Source: Phoronis australis | Taxonomy: Eukaryota > Animalia > Phoronida | Length of the DNA: 64,000 nt | Direction of reading: 5' to 3' | Assembly (NCBI GenBank): GCA_002633005.1 | Contig: NMRA01000012.1 | Coordinates: 1,705,837 to 1,769,836, forward strand | Shown: positions 1 to 14,000 of the stretch, in pieces | Layout of the letters: each line of letters starts with the position of its first letter | How positions within the stretch are numbered: position 1 is the stretch's first letter | The notes under the pieces: generated by a model | What the model saw: the letters and a program-made list of their open reading frames with translations, nothing else | The model's database searches: none | Told to the model about the DNA's origin: nothing | Made by a program: the position numbers and the translations under genes

Positions 1-899
1 GGTTTCAGCCCACTAGGTCAGGACTGTTGTTGCAGCCGGCCTCCTCCCGTTCGCAGGTCTGTTGTTGCAGCCTGTGGCCCAAGGCCTGTAGTTGCAGGCT
101 TCAATTTCTAGTCATTAGTTCTAGTTAACTTTACTTCCATTTCGTTGTGTTCTTGTTTTTTATATTCTAGCCTTATGTATTCTAATTTGCTGTTATCCTG
201 TTTAGTACCTATATTTTATCATAGTCTAACCTTGTTATTGCCCGGGTTTCGCTTCCTCGGATGGGCGATGTCAGCATTCCCGTGCTGCCATTATGGCGTT
301 TTGTGCATGCCCACCTTGCAGAGTCTTAGTTAGTTTTATCTATTACGTCATAATAAATGACAAATATTCCCAATCCTCCTCTTGTTTTACTCTGCAACAT
401 AGCTCGTGGCACCCCGGGCAAAATAGATTACGATAAATATTTATTACTCTAATTTCCAGCTACGGCTTCAATTAAAGCTACGTTGAACGCCACATTTGCA
501 GTTATGATGGGATTTACATAGTGCGTTTGAAAACTCCAACTTGAGGACTATCGGTGATGAAAAGTATGCCAACGCACGGTCAACTTGTGAAGCAGCTCTA
601 TAAAAATAAAACAGACCAGCGTCGGTGATCATATTATGTTGTTTAATTTTAACTGGCAGGAGACAGGTTGGTCCGCTACCCTGTTTAGTCGTTGTTCTGC
701 ACGTGCAAGCAGCAGCTTCGTAAACCAGGAAACATGGAGTCCCGTTCAAATTTAATTGCTGACGAATTTCTGGTTTTATCAAAAAGTAACTCGAACAAAG
801 CTTGTTTACGTTATTTTAGTACTGACCAATGCATACGATTGCACGATGGCTATCAGGCAGAAACTCATCTATAAAACAGTTTTTGGCCACAGTAAGATT

Positions 900-1024
900 A
901 AAAACCGGACGATCGCTGGAGAAATAAAAAAGTTCATGTTCAATCAACGTTTCGTCTCAGTATTCATTAGAAATCACCAGGATCTTATTTACAACAATTT
1001 AGGACAGCAAGTGCCAACATACAG
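900..1024 (-). repeat. Dispersed repeat carrying a degenerate minimal hammerhead motif (copy A)
   Basis: About 120 bp align to 34172-34288. Minus strand reads ATC-CTGGTGA-...-GACGAAACGTT-GAT. Confidence 0.6.
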
Positions 1025-2111
1025 CTCAGGTAACATCCATAAAGTGAAGTGAGAGACACAGGGAATAAAGTCAAGTACCATATAATGTCCACTGTCACTG
1101 GGTAAGAATTACTGATGCAGCATGACGTATCATGTCAACATTCCAGACGGTTCGAAACGAAGGACAAGATGAGGATGACGTTATTTTTCCGGCACTGCCA
1201 ATACATATTTTATTTTGAAGTTGCCCATACTGGCTCCCAGCACCAGGGTCCCGCGTTGTCTCATTTTTGTACTAGAAGCCCAGTCGCAGAACACGAATTT
1301 GTTATTGATAGTTTCCTTTCTCATTTGTGCGAACTCAAGATAATATGCCACGAGTTAAAATTAAAGTGATCACGAGAGTCTTTTTGGTACAAAAACAATA
1401 TTTCAGCGCAGCGCAACCAGTCTTCTGGAAAAATATGCAGTTAGCATGCGCACACCCAGCACAAATATGGGACCGGGGCTCAAATTTTTATGTGGAACTT
1501 TTACTAAGATTCATGGGGTATTTTGGCAGTTCGTGCATTTTTGGTGGACTTTTGTATCGTTTTCTACTTTTTCGGAGTATTTGTTTCTCTGAGGCGGACG
1601 GTTTTGCCCAGTTCACCAAATGAGGGGCTCGTTAAGCCTTCCCCCCTGGGTGCGCGCATCAGTGGTTGCTATAGTCATCATGAAACACATTTTCTGATGA
1701 TCAACAAATTTATTCTTGAATCCTGTCTAACCAAACGCATCGAATGAAAATAAACTCGGCTACTAGTTCACGTCTGTCGCAAAATGAATCGCGTGGATTT
1801 GATTTTGCCTCGCGAGGCGGAGTGACGAACGTCTCGACTGTTGGATTTCGGGCAGCGTGTACATTTACGCTGATCCGTAAGGACGTAGTTCACAGGTCAG
1901 TGAGCATTTTGACGAGCTGTGTGCGGATATAAGTGACTCTTGGGCAAATTTCCTTTTGAGGCAGAAAGTTGAGCTCGTAGCTCTCCTAATTCTACGGTGG
2001 CCGAAAGACGTGTAAAACGTTTGACCAGAGTCAAATCTGAAGCTAACATTGCACGCATGTGGACGAGAAACTTGATTGTGCATCTGGTTACCCCAGAATA
2101 CATAGACGGAT

Positions 2112-2272
2112 NNNNNNNNNNNNNNNNNNNNNNNNNNNNNNNNNNNNNNNNNNNNNNNNNNNNNNNNNNNNNNNNNNNNNNNNNNNNNNNNNNNNNNNNN
2201 NNNNNNNNNNNNNNNNNNNNNNNNNNNNNNNNNNNNNNNNNNNNNNNNNNNNNNNNNNNNNNNNNNNNNNNN
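2112..2272. other. Assembly gap (N run)
   Basis: Run of n characters. Confidence 0.99.
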
Positions 2273-5044
2273 TTTATGATATTCTAGATCCGCCACTGGA
2301 ATATCCATTGAATTCCTTCTTGGCACATTAAAGCTCAGATGGCGCCGTCATGAAACATATCCCAGGTTTAAAACAAACGCTAGCTTACAGACAAAAAATG
2401 AACCACAGTAATGAGAAATAGATAAAACAAATTACTTTTCTGTTTATTGTATTTCAGTGATCTTTAAAACAGACATTTTGAGTTATATTTCTTGCTGCTT
2501 CGATAGTATTACTATTAGACATGGCAAATGTTGATTGCTTTATGATTTGATTAGGAATGTGTCAAAAACGAAATATAAAATAACCCCAATTAAAATCTTC
2601 TTGTTCTCTGTGGTTTTATCCCTGGACTGAAACTCTTAGATGTTATTATTGGCTTATTAAACTGCTTTATTCTTATTTTCTCTAACACTGAAGTTGGTCA
2701 CTTATGACTAAAGCTGAAGCAGTGTTCAGTATAACTCTAAATCCTTAACTCAATCACCTTGGGTAAAAATTTCAATCATCTGATTTACATTTTAAGTACA
2801 TGCAAATAAATAATTTACATGCTTCATTCACGCCAGCAACCACACAGCACACTTCAGCACATGCAGACACACGCACAATGACATTAACACGCACACAAAC
2901 ACGGCCAGCGGCAAATCAAAGCTGTATCACAGTTCAGAATCACATGACCAAACAGAAGAAACACTAACAGTGCATGATGACACACTTTCTTAAAGACCCA
3001 AAGCATGTGGTCTTGATGAACAAAACTCCATGCAGGGCATTCTGTATTACCCTTTGTTAAAATCTTTGACAATATTAAAATCCTATATTGGTATCTCTGT
3101 GAACAGCTTGCTAGATAATTTTTGAGACATGGAGTGCTTGACCTACAAAAGCCGCCTTTGTGTCATCCATGGAACAAATACAATCAGTTGGACTAATCAG
3201 ACCAACTGCCAAGAGAAGATCAGTTTTATAACAGCGTTTTTGACATCGAAAGGAGGAGGAGGACTAGGATTACAAGTATAGATTTCTTTTCCTCTTACAC
3301 CAGCTAAGTACTTTATTAAGTAGAGCCCTGTCATATTACAAAGACACTGCAATAATGTCAGTCTAAGGACCAGTTTTGAGCCCCATGCATGAACATCAGA
3401 TTCTTTGAAAACCTGACATTTTTCTATATAGCTCATCAGGGTCATGCGTTCAATGCATTCTGGGATTGATAGTCTTCTTACATGGCTGTCAGTGAAGAGA
3501 CAAGGTACATTTTTTCGATATGTTTCTTTTTCGCAGTCCACAGCTACTAAATAAAGGCTTTGAACAACGATTTTCACAACTGATGGCCTTCGTCTGGAAA
3601 AAATTCTATTCATACCACAGGTCTTATGCATGGATGAGGTCTGTGCTTCACATCAAGGCTCTCCTTTCCTCACCAAGGATTGACCCTGTTCCAGCTACAC
3701 TGCATAGCTAGTTGTGAAAATATCAATGTTAAATCAACAAAAAATATACCAAAGAAATGAGAGTACATACCACCTGTGCTTGACATCCCAGTTGACAGCA
3801 TTTGCAAAGCGAATGTGCACTTACACACCCAGCATTAGAATTCATTTCCAACACCCCAAGGCATTTTATTATTCATTTCTGGTTCAAGAGCATATATTTT
3901 TAAAATCGTTTGTTTCAAAATCTCAATCAACTACCAATGTGCTGCGAAAAAGAAAAGTGGTAGACACCATGAACAGCGAAGGCTGTTCCCTTTCCATGTA
4001 GTTTCATGTTTAACCTTCTCCATCCATCCCAGAATGCACTGCAAGTGTGACCTAGATAACCAGTCTGGTCATGTTTTGGGTGACACATAACACCATGTAC
4101 TGAATGGAGTTCACTGATTGCTCCAATGGGAAGAATCACTGTCAAAAAGTTACTTCATGCAAGTATGAAGTGATTTCAGCTTTACCTAATTACCACTGCA
4201 TGAGACTTCAAAGCCATACACAGTGCCATCTTCGATTTAAAACTCAGCTTAAAACCTATCTTGAATGGTAACACCTGTAAATTTGGTTCCTACAGCATGT
4301 TAAAACATAACTCTGAGCCCAACAGTGCCATAAATTGCCAAATGTAAGGTTTCTTGGTTAGCTTTTGTCTAGGTCACAGTGAGAATCACCTTTTAATTCT
4401 AACAGCTACGAACAACACTTGCACACAATGCTGTTCTATTCAGACCTCTGTTCGATGCAACTGTTGTCGGTCTTTTGTAGTTTGTTTTGGGATCTCGCAG
4501 TGATGCAATATGGCACAAAACAGCAATTATGCACCTATCATTTGAAGGACCTAAATTTGCGTGACTGAACTCGCATTTTTATATTTTGCTAAGGCTTTGC
4601 TAGGATTGCTCAGTCCAATACATCTAAAAAAAATTCTGTTGAAGTTAAGCTTTAAAGCTACGCGAGTAAGAAATTTTTAAGATGCTGAGTCAGCATTTAC
4701 ACACAATTTCTTCAAATGGAATCACCATAGCATCTGCGATTAGTTTTTTGCCAACAAACTAGATTTTCAATATGAACTAAAATTTTCATTACCATGACTA
4801 CTTCACTGTATATAGCTTAATTTGGTCTCTCATTGACCTCTCTTTTCTTTATTTAAACTGAATGTGATTTTTTCTACGACTGATCATACACAGCAGGGGC
4901 ACCGATAAGATTCTTCAAACTTGTAGCTCGAGTCAAATGAATTTCCAAGAAACACTAATGACTTGGTCACATGATTCATCATTTAAAAGCTCTGGTTGTA
5001 TTGCTAAATGTTCTGAGTATGAACTTGCAAAGCTTGCATAGCCA

Positions 5045-5083
5045 TCATCGGAGATCATCAGAGTACTGGGAAAACACAGACAC
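5045..5083 (-). CDS. ROGDI: ROGDI terminal coding exon 11 (VSVFSQYSDDLR*)
   Basis: ttgttttctag| acceptor, TGA stop at 5047-5045; aligns to human ISVFSSY. Confidence 0.88.
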   Translation of the reverse strand: MSVFSQYSDDLR

Positions 5084-8000
5084 CTAGAAAACAAAAAACT
5101 ATAAAGGAACAGGCCATTAAATAACTGCACAGCACTTCTGTTAAAGTTATGTAGAACCTTATTGACAAATCCGTGGCCAAATATCTTCAAAACTTAAATT
5201 TTAAGTTAGTTAAAGTATATGTATTTGTATGAATATATTTATATCTTAAGAAAGGTGGAAGCACTGTAGAATTGGATTTTTGACTTAATGCAAATCTGCC
5301 ATTAACTGGGTCAAATAAAATTTATCCAAAAAAGGCATGTTCACAGAAAAACAATGGTATCAAGAACGTACTAGATGGATATAATTTTTGATACATTTTG
5401 ATAAATTATTCAAGATAAAACTTCAGAAGCGTTGTTACAATTTTCTAAATCATCATTTCATTTTTGTTTTATTTGAAGTTTGAATTTTTTCAGAAAAATC
5501 ATAAAAGTGCTATTTTTGATAATGCCTGGTGCAAAAGTGGAACAGTTAAAAAATAATTTCCAACAGCTATTTGGAGAAAAGTGCATAAAGTATGGAATCT
5601 GAATGTTTCTGTACCAATATGATCAGCTGTTTCTGAGACATTGTGTTCTGAACTTAGCTAGATTTGGACATTTTTCTACCAGTGAGGGTGTTTCATCAAA
5701 ACAGGAGCCCTGGTGTAAAACAGACATCCCGGAGTCAAAAACAGACCCCTGCACATTCAAAACAACTAACCAGAGCAAAAAACAGGTACCCCGACCTTTA
5801 AAACAGGAATCCTGGGGACCAAAAAAAAATTGTCCGGGTTTCCAATCCTCAGGATTCCTGTTTTAAAGGTTGGGGCTCCTGCTTTTCAGGCTGGTTCGCC
5901 ATTTTGAAGGCGCGGGGGTCTGTCTCTGGGGTATCTGTTTTACACCGGGGTTCCTGTTTCGATGGAACGCCCTGTCTATGGTCCTACATAACCTTAACAA
6001 GTTAGTGGAAATTCACTTCCATCAAAAGAGAAAAAAACGAGCTCTTACACCAGTTCAGCACCACGAAAAAAACAAGCAACCAATGAAAGATGCTTTATAT
6101 ACAAATAAAAAACCTCCGTCAGTAATTAGTGCATTCGTTAACAAAAGATAACACCAAAAACAACGTACCTTGTCTTTGAGTTGCTGGCATGTTTCCAATG
6201 CCAATGTAAATAAAATAATGACTTCATTGAACCACGGAACAGAGCACTCCACCTGGAACAGGAACTTTGTGTAAACAAGACATAGCTCAGAAGTTGCCAA
6301 ATCAACATGCAATCTGACTCACTGACAGTTTTAATTGACTTAATCAACAGCGCCAATGCGACCTCAGATCGTGTTTGGCAACCTGGGAAAAATTCCAAGT
6401 CACCACGAGGTCACAAGTGCGAGTTTCAAAGTCAAACAATATTTCCCTCCAAATTCGTTTCAAGGTTTGTGTTGACTTCCAAATCTGAACTTACTAACAG
6501 TTTTCCTAGATTTATTATCTTTGGTTCACAATTGTTCCGTTTATTTCATGAAATCAACACATGTTACCACGTTCAAATTACAACAGGAAGTAAAGACAGA
6601 GAGAAGTCGGAATTGTTTGACACAAATCAAGCAAGATTGGCAAAACTGACAGCATCAGCCCCATGCTGACGTCTGCGTCCCATGCTCACCACCGAGACAG
6701 AATCAATGCATGTAAACCTAATTCATTGGCGTCAGCACCGTTTATTGTGTTTTCAGTTTTGGCGACCTCAGATTTCATTTGGCGACGTGGGATTTTTGCC
6801 TGTTTGCCAAATGCGACTTGCCGTTTAGCTGATCAAATTTAATTTTACCATTTCCGCAACTACTGGAGCACGATTTCATTGTGTGAGTAAAAATTCACTT
6901 TTCCTAACTGCACAATGATTGAATAATATTCAATGAGACACTTTTCCTGAACCCCACCTTCAAAAAACAATACTATCAAAATATTTCAGACAAAGAAAAG
7001 CCATTGTAGCAATGTGGAAGAAAGCTCAACTTCCATTCTTGTACACTTTCCACAAAAACATTTTGCTGCCAAGATTTACATTGCGACTATGAGTGTGGGC
7101 AAGTGGCCCAGCACAACAGCACCCCCTCATCGAAACCCACTCACCTGGCTGCGATCCCTCATTTCCAGTTTCCGCTGTTGATTACTATGTATGTGATACA
7201 ATGCCATGACTAGCTTCTGTGCATGGATGTAGAAACTGACAACGTAGTCTTGAGGTAAAGCAGGACTAAGGTTTTTCTGGAAAAATTAACAAATGTTAAA
7301 CTACTGCAGTGTGTTAAATACATCCAGCTTATTAAACTAGATTACATAGCAGAGTGTTTACCACATACTAATTTTTCACAGTACTTTTTTGCCAACATGT
7401 AGTTCAAGGTGTAGTTAAAGTGACTAACGGTATTTCCAGATTCACGGACCCGGTCCATCAAAGAACTCAAAAGATGGACAAAAATCCCACAAGATGGCAC
7501 ACCAGTTGTCGGAGCTGGCCAAAAATTTGTTCATGCTATCCCATTTATGATGGGAGCATGCCTGCAAAATGTCATGAGCATACATCCAAGGGTTTTGGCA
7601 ATAAAGCAGCAGCGGCCGGGCGGACAAACAGACAGGGACGAGGACACAATGCACCCACATCTATTAACACATGGGCACATAAAAAAGCATGAAACGCTGT
7701 CTTCCAATTAATAGACATAGAGCCACTATGTTCCATAGTCAAGCAGCTTCCACACAATATCACCCCAGGTACTGTCAAGAGAAATTTAAGTCTTTTTGTG
7801 ATAGACCATCAATTGAAACACTTACGATGTTAGTGTTACTAAAAAGCTCGTCAAGACTCTTTTTCTTTGGAAGTATGAGACACGTGCGGCCTTTGTGCAG
7901 ACTGTCCATCACACTATCAACTAGCTGAAATAAACAATGAAAATTTTTCAGCTGACGATCTATAGTTAACCATAGTTAGCTGAAATAGTAAAAAAGTCAA

Positions 8001-11000
8001 GGTTACTGAAGCAGCTTTTGAAGCAAGCACATGAGTATTGTTTGATATAGACCATGGAGTGCATAGAGGAGAGGGCAGAGGTATGTTGGACCTCAATAAC
8101 GGAGACAGAGCAAGAAAGGTGTGAAGGAGCTAATGAGATCAAAGCCACTAAAACGAAACTGAGGGAGTGGGGAAGGGAAGTGGGGAGGGATGGAAAGGGA
8201 AGAAGGGAGACAACTCCAGAGCCACTCTACAACAAAGGGAGGGAGCTGTGCAATATGCAAAATAATAGGAGCGACTGTCTACCTACTTTGAATTAACTCA
8301 CACCAGGGCGCCTCTTGCGCACAGTTCAAATGTTCCTGTGATCGTCGAACATAAATTAAATTACTGCAGCCATATTACTGCCTTGTGTAAAGCAGACGTG
8401 TCTCAAATAATTGCCTTAGCTGCATTTGCTTGTGGAAATATTTCTAATGAGTCTACATGACTGGAAGTGAATTATGTCAAGAAAACCCAACACAATATCG
8501 CATTGTACTCACGAATATGACCTCATTTCTCGACTTGAAGCTGTAACTTTCATCAAAGCTTTCAATTTTTGACATGGCACTTAATAGATGGTTGCCAGCA
8601 TCCTGCACCTGGTACAAACAAGAAAAAGTAAAAATAGCAATCACTATCCCTACAAGTTAATTTATTTAATTTTAACATGAAACTTTTTAGCACTGTGCCA
8701 CATTCTAATGAGAAATAGTTCATTTCCTATCTGAAGTTGATTAAAAAGTGGCACCGAGTTATAAATTGTTTTTTTCAGCCACATGGGGCACCATAAAATG
8801 AAATGCGTTCAGTATAAAATTATTTCTAGTTAATTTTATCTTTTTAGATAACAGTTCTGATTTCGCATGTTCACACAGTGGACTATGCTTCTCAGCCCAG
8901 TTTCGTTGTTGTGAACTTCTTATTCCAGTGCATAACACAGACATGGGAGTGGTCTAAGCACAATGGGCATGGCCCAAACAGAGGACACACCTGCTGCAGC
9001 TTCCATGGCTTGTCTGGTTGAATGACTGACTTGTGGTGGGAGGAGTGTGTTTTGTCCTTGTGCACCTTTAATTGGATGTCCTGAAACAAAAAAGTGACAG
9101 TAAGCGGTGCGCGACTGACAAGCGACTTTCAAATTTATGTAAACCATTACTTTGACAGTGTCCAAACTTACAGTTATTTTGATTTTACACTTTAATTGCA
9201 TTCAAACCTCTGTACCCAGGATCTCATAACAGTACTGCGTTCATGTTGAATTAGTACAGTCAACTGCTGCTAGGTGGCGCTGCTTCAAAAAAGCAGACGA
9301 CAACACATTTAGCAGCATAGAGATAACGGAGACATGAGCCGTCATAAAGTACTTGGGTAAAAAAGGAACGAAACCAAAAGATATTCATGAAGAGATGCAA
9401 AAAACACTCGGAACAGACTCCCCAAGCTACTCCACAGTAAAAAAAGTGGTCAGCTTGTTTCAAGAGGGGTAGAGAAAGCGTTGAAGATGACCCTCGTCCA
9501 GGATGTCCCAAAATATCGACCTCTACTGAAAATGTGCAGAAAATACATGCAATGGTTATGAAAGACAGGCGAATGACTGTTCAACATTTGGCAAACACTG
9601 TTGGCATCAGCACTGAGTCCGTCTCTAAAATTTTGAGTGAAGATTTGAGCATGAGTAAGCCGAGTGTACGATCGGTGCCAAGAATGTTAACTCTGTATCA
9701 GAAAATGCAAATTTCAAAGGAACTTCTAGAAAGATTCCAAGCAGATCCACCCAAATTTTCCAGAGGACTTGTAACCCAGGACGAGACATGGGTCCACCAC
9801 TTTGACCCGGAATCAAAACAACAAAGTAAACAATGGAAGCACGTGGGTTCCCCAAGCCCGAGAAAGTTCAAGTTGGGTGCCTATGCGAGCAAAGTTATGG
9901 CCCCTGTGTTCCGAGACAGCAAAGGTATTCTGATGATCGACTACTTGCAACGAGGAGACACTGTTACTGGGAATCACTATGCATCACTTTTGGAAAAACT
10001 CAAAAAAGCAATCAAGGGAAAGATATGCGGGAAGTTTCAGGATGGAGTGATGTTGCTTTAAAACAACACACCTGCCCATCCTGCCCAAGTTGCGGTGGCT
10101 GAAGCAACTAGATGTGGCTTTGAAATCCTTCCGCACCCCGCCTATTCTCCAGACCTGGCCCCGTCTGATTTTTATTTGTTTCCACATTTGAAAGCCTACC
10201 TGCGTGGACGCCAGTATGTGAGCCATGATGACGTCATGAGTGCAGTGGAGGAGTTTCTTGAAGGGCTCCACAAAAATTTCTTTTACGAAGGCATTGCAAA
10301 ACTGGAGCACAGATGGAAGGGATGCATTGATGTAAGGGGAGATTATATCGAAAAATGAAAGACAAAATTAGTTGCTACTGTGTTGTTTTCTGGGTGAGGC
10401 TGAGAACTTACTGAACGACCCTCGTAATACGGTAATTATTCATTTATTTCGCACAATATTAAATGCCAAAATTAGAATTTTTCTATTTTTCAAACTAAGG
10501 CTGGCTACTTTGCTGCAAATATTGGAAATTTTATCAAAAGTTGTTTTGTAACATGTACATAGAACAAGTTAATATCGGACGGAAATTGTGTATGTTTGAT
10601 GCAAAACTTGACAAACCATGTTTTATCCACTATTACGTGTTCAAGAGTTATTGTACAGCAATTTTTCAATCACCTTTTGAAGAAGAAGCAATTGTTTGAG
10701 AAACTTTGTACATATGAGATAAGCGAGTATGAATGAGAGTTGTATGCAGTACAGTACCACTCTCCACCTCCCTCTGTCAATCAATAACTAATTTCAAATG
10801 ATACTGTGTGGTACCCTCGTGGTCTCATAAATACCCACTAACAGCTCATTTATTTTTTATCACCAGACAAACAACGCGAGTGTGTGATTGATTGCACATA
10901 GTACACAATAATTATATTTCCATAATGCCAACTGTTGTCTGAATAACTCTAGACAATTTAATCTAGATCATCCGATTTCCTAGTATGTGAAAAAATCTTC

Positions 11001-14000
11001 AGAATAGGAAACAAGAGAAAATTTACCAAATCGATATATCTTAATTTCCAAGTGATTAAACACAGCCAGTATAAGCAGGCATGGCAGAATTTGAAACAAA
11101 AAATGGTGATTTGTAAGACCTAAGTTATCTCACGCAGCAAGGCACAGTTCATAAATACGCTATAATAGCAAAAAATAATGTGAACATACTGGCCCACCCA
11201 AAAGTAAGCCAATGAGCATTAATTATTTTCGTAATAATTCCCAAAAATCCAACAGATTGTTCTAAAGTAATATGTTTAGATCGCGATTTCACTCAAATGA
11301 CATAATTTCACATAATGATAGTGCTTCAAGATCTATCACTTCCAAATTTGAGACATCAAGAGACGTCGAAGATATGGCACAAAAACTCAGTTACATGTAT
11401 TTGGAGACCAGTCCTCAGAAAATCTCAAGAACAGTAAGACTAGAAAAAAAAACAAATGACAAATGTGATAACCCCTGGAATGATCTATCCACAGAAAAAA
11501 ATCAGTAAAATTTGACCAGAAACATTGGAGCTACTGCTTTGCAAATGAAAAAAGGAAAAAAATAGCCACCACAGCGTCATCTTGTATCAGATTTCAACAA
11601 AAAACCATGGGATTCGAGTCATTCACGAGACACATGTTGTATGTAAATTTCAGGTCGATCCAATATGAATTCTGATGCATAGCGTCTGATGAAGAAACAA
11701 ACAAAAAGAATACAAGTAACCGCATTTTATGACAAAGCAAACTTGAAGAAATTTCATTTCACCAAATGAAAATCCTCAATTATCTTGTAGTAAAGACTTA
11801 TCGACCTTATTACAGAGGTCATGCTATAACAAGATACCGTCTTGTTATAACCAGATACTGTCTCCTTATAAGATACTATCTCATTACAAGGTAACATTGT
11901 GCCTGTGTGATTGTGGAAGGCCTAAAATTTTATTTGACACACCAACCACAGTACAGGATTTTCAACAGAAATACTTTCAAAACTGATACCAGTGTGTTCA
12001 TGCCGCAACGTCATGCAAAAGGCAGTAATGACAGCTGTCCATACGCTTGAAATAGTTCTGAAATTTCCACATCCCAGTCCAGGAACGTTAGTGACGATAC
12101 TTACTGCTTCACAGATATTATCCCCAAGTAGTGTAACCATGCATTTGATATTCTGTGCACCGCTGAAAATATAAACAAAATAGCTACAACAAACAAGGCA
12201 AACAGTATGTTCTGAAACTGCAGTGCAGTGAAAACAATTGACAAAGGAGAGCAATATGGTAACATGGAATTGAAATTAAGATGAATTAATTATTTTCAGC
12301 ACATGTGCAGCCAAGTTAAGCAGATGTTTTTTACGTATCATCAACACAGCATTTGTATTATAAACCAAATGAATAATCCCTAATAAATCAAAAAAATAAC
12401 TGGAAGCCAATCAGTCAATTCAGAAATGAATTTCACAAATTGTTGGCTACCAACAACCATGAGTACTGTATCACACATCATTTTAGTCAATTCCACAACA
12501 AGACATGCCAATATTAGAAGCCTAACACTGAAAAACCATTCAAGGTCCACGCAAGTGGGTAAATGTACTGATTTCATTACTGTCAATAGGACTTTGTATG
12601 AGCCTAATAGGGTAATAATAGGTTGGTATGATCTCTGCTTTTAAATTCAAGTGGCTATAAACATGTTTTAGTGTCAAAATGTCTTTCTTCACAAGCGTAT
12701 TATTTTGCTCTTCAAAAGCAATCTTGTCATGTTCTCATTCATTGTTTGAACTGAGATTTGCAATAATGAGATGCATAGCAATCCCCTGACAACCATACTA
12801 TTCCCGTGGCTGAAGCTAACCTGCCAGGCAAACTTCAAGAATCAGTACCATATCAAAAATAAAAACTACACACCACTAATTCAGTAACAAATAACACATC
12901 TGTTACTGACCACAGCAGTAGAGTAGCTTAAACACTAATTAAAAGTGACCAACTGTTGGCAACAGATTATGCAATTATATTGAGGTCTGGTGCAAGTAGA
13001 CATTAAATGCTCAGTATGACATCACAATATACTTTCGCACCTTGTACTACTAGTCTATAAAAAAATTTTGCCTTATTAGCCAAATGTGTTCAACTTTTCT
13101 AAAATGCAATATTGCATTGAAATGAAATAAACAAATGGCCAAAAATGTGACATTCATGTTCTTTGAGTCATATATCTGATATTGTTACGACATAGTTTGA
13201 CTTTTCTGCAAAAATATCATCAAGTTCCTAACTGTATCGACTTCCTTATTTAGAAAGTCATGTGGGTTGAGTTGATAGGTGGTGCATCACTGCTGCACAT
13301 TTATTACGAACAAACACCACCCCAGTATACGCAGACGGTGAGATTATTATTGTGTTGACATTACTACTACTTAGATGACATCAATATGGAATTAAAGTAA
13401 AAAAAGAATTATTGGGATGCAGGGAGCCGTGACACAATCTTCCCCCTCTTGGGAGGGCCAGCCTTCATTGTTTGATGTTACCCAATGTCATCAGACCCCA
13501 GCCACCTAGTCTCTGCGTAGGTACAAGGCCAGAATTAAAGCAAGAGTTTCAAACATTTATTCGATTCTCACGCTACTTTAGCTTTTGGTGTGACAGGGGA
13601 CTAATGATTTGTGAATCAAGAGTTGACTGAATCAAAATATGTGAACCAAGGAGATGTGAATCAAGAGTTAATTGAATCAAAAAATGTGAACCAAGGAGAT
13701 GTGAATCAAGAGTTGACTGAATCAAAATATGTGAACCAAGAAGATGTGAATCAAGAGAGGATATGGTTTCAAATGCTCACCTTGCTTACCAAGTTATCTG
13801 ACACTTACAGCATCTATTCCAAACAAATAATGCCAAAATATAGTTTTCTTGGTGTTCATTGAACATTCGACAAAATAAAATTCCCATTATCTGCCATAAA
13901 GTAAGTTACCAAACCAGAAAACCTAGAGATAAATAAACAGAAACCTTGAGTGCTGACTTTCAAACAAAAATACTTACTTATTACTGCTGAGTAAAAAGCG

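Noticed and set aside
3408-3443. Minus-strand CTGATGA...GTC hammerhead-like motif downstream of ROGDI
   Set aside because: The GAAAC box is absent and stem I is out of register; probably chance.
13420-13600. Minus-strand polypurine tract followed by TGTCAC, suggesting a second TRIM
   Set aside because: No PBS, no matching second LTR and no TSD.
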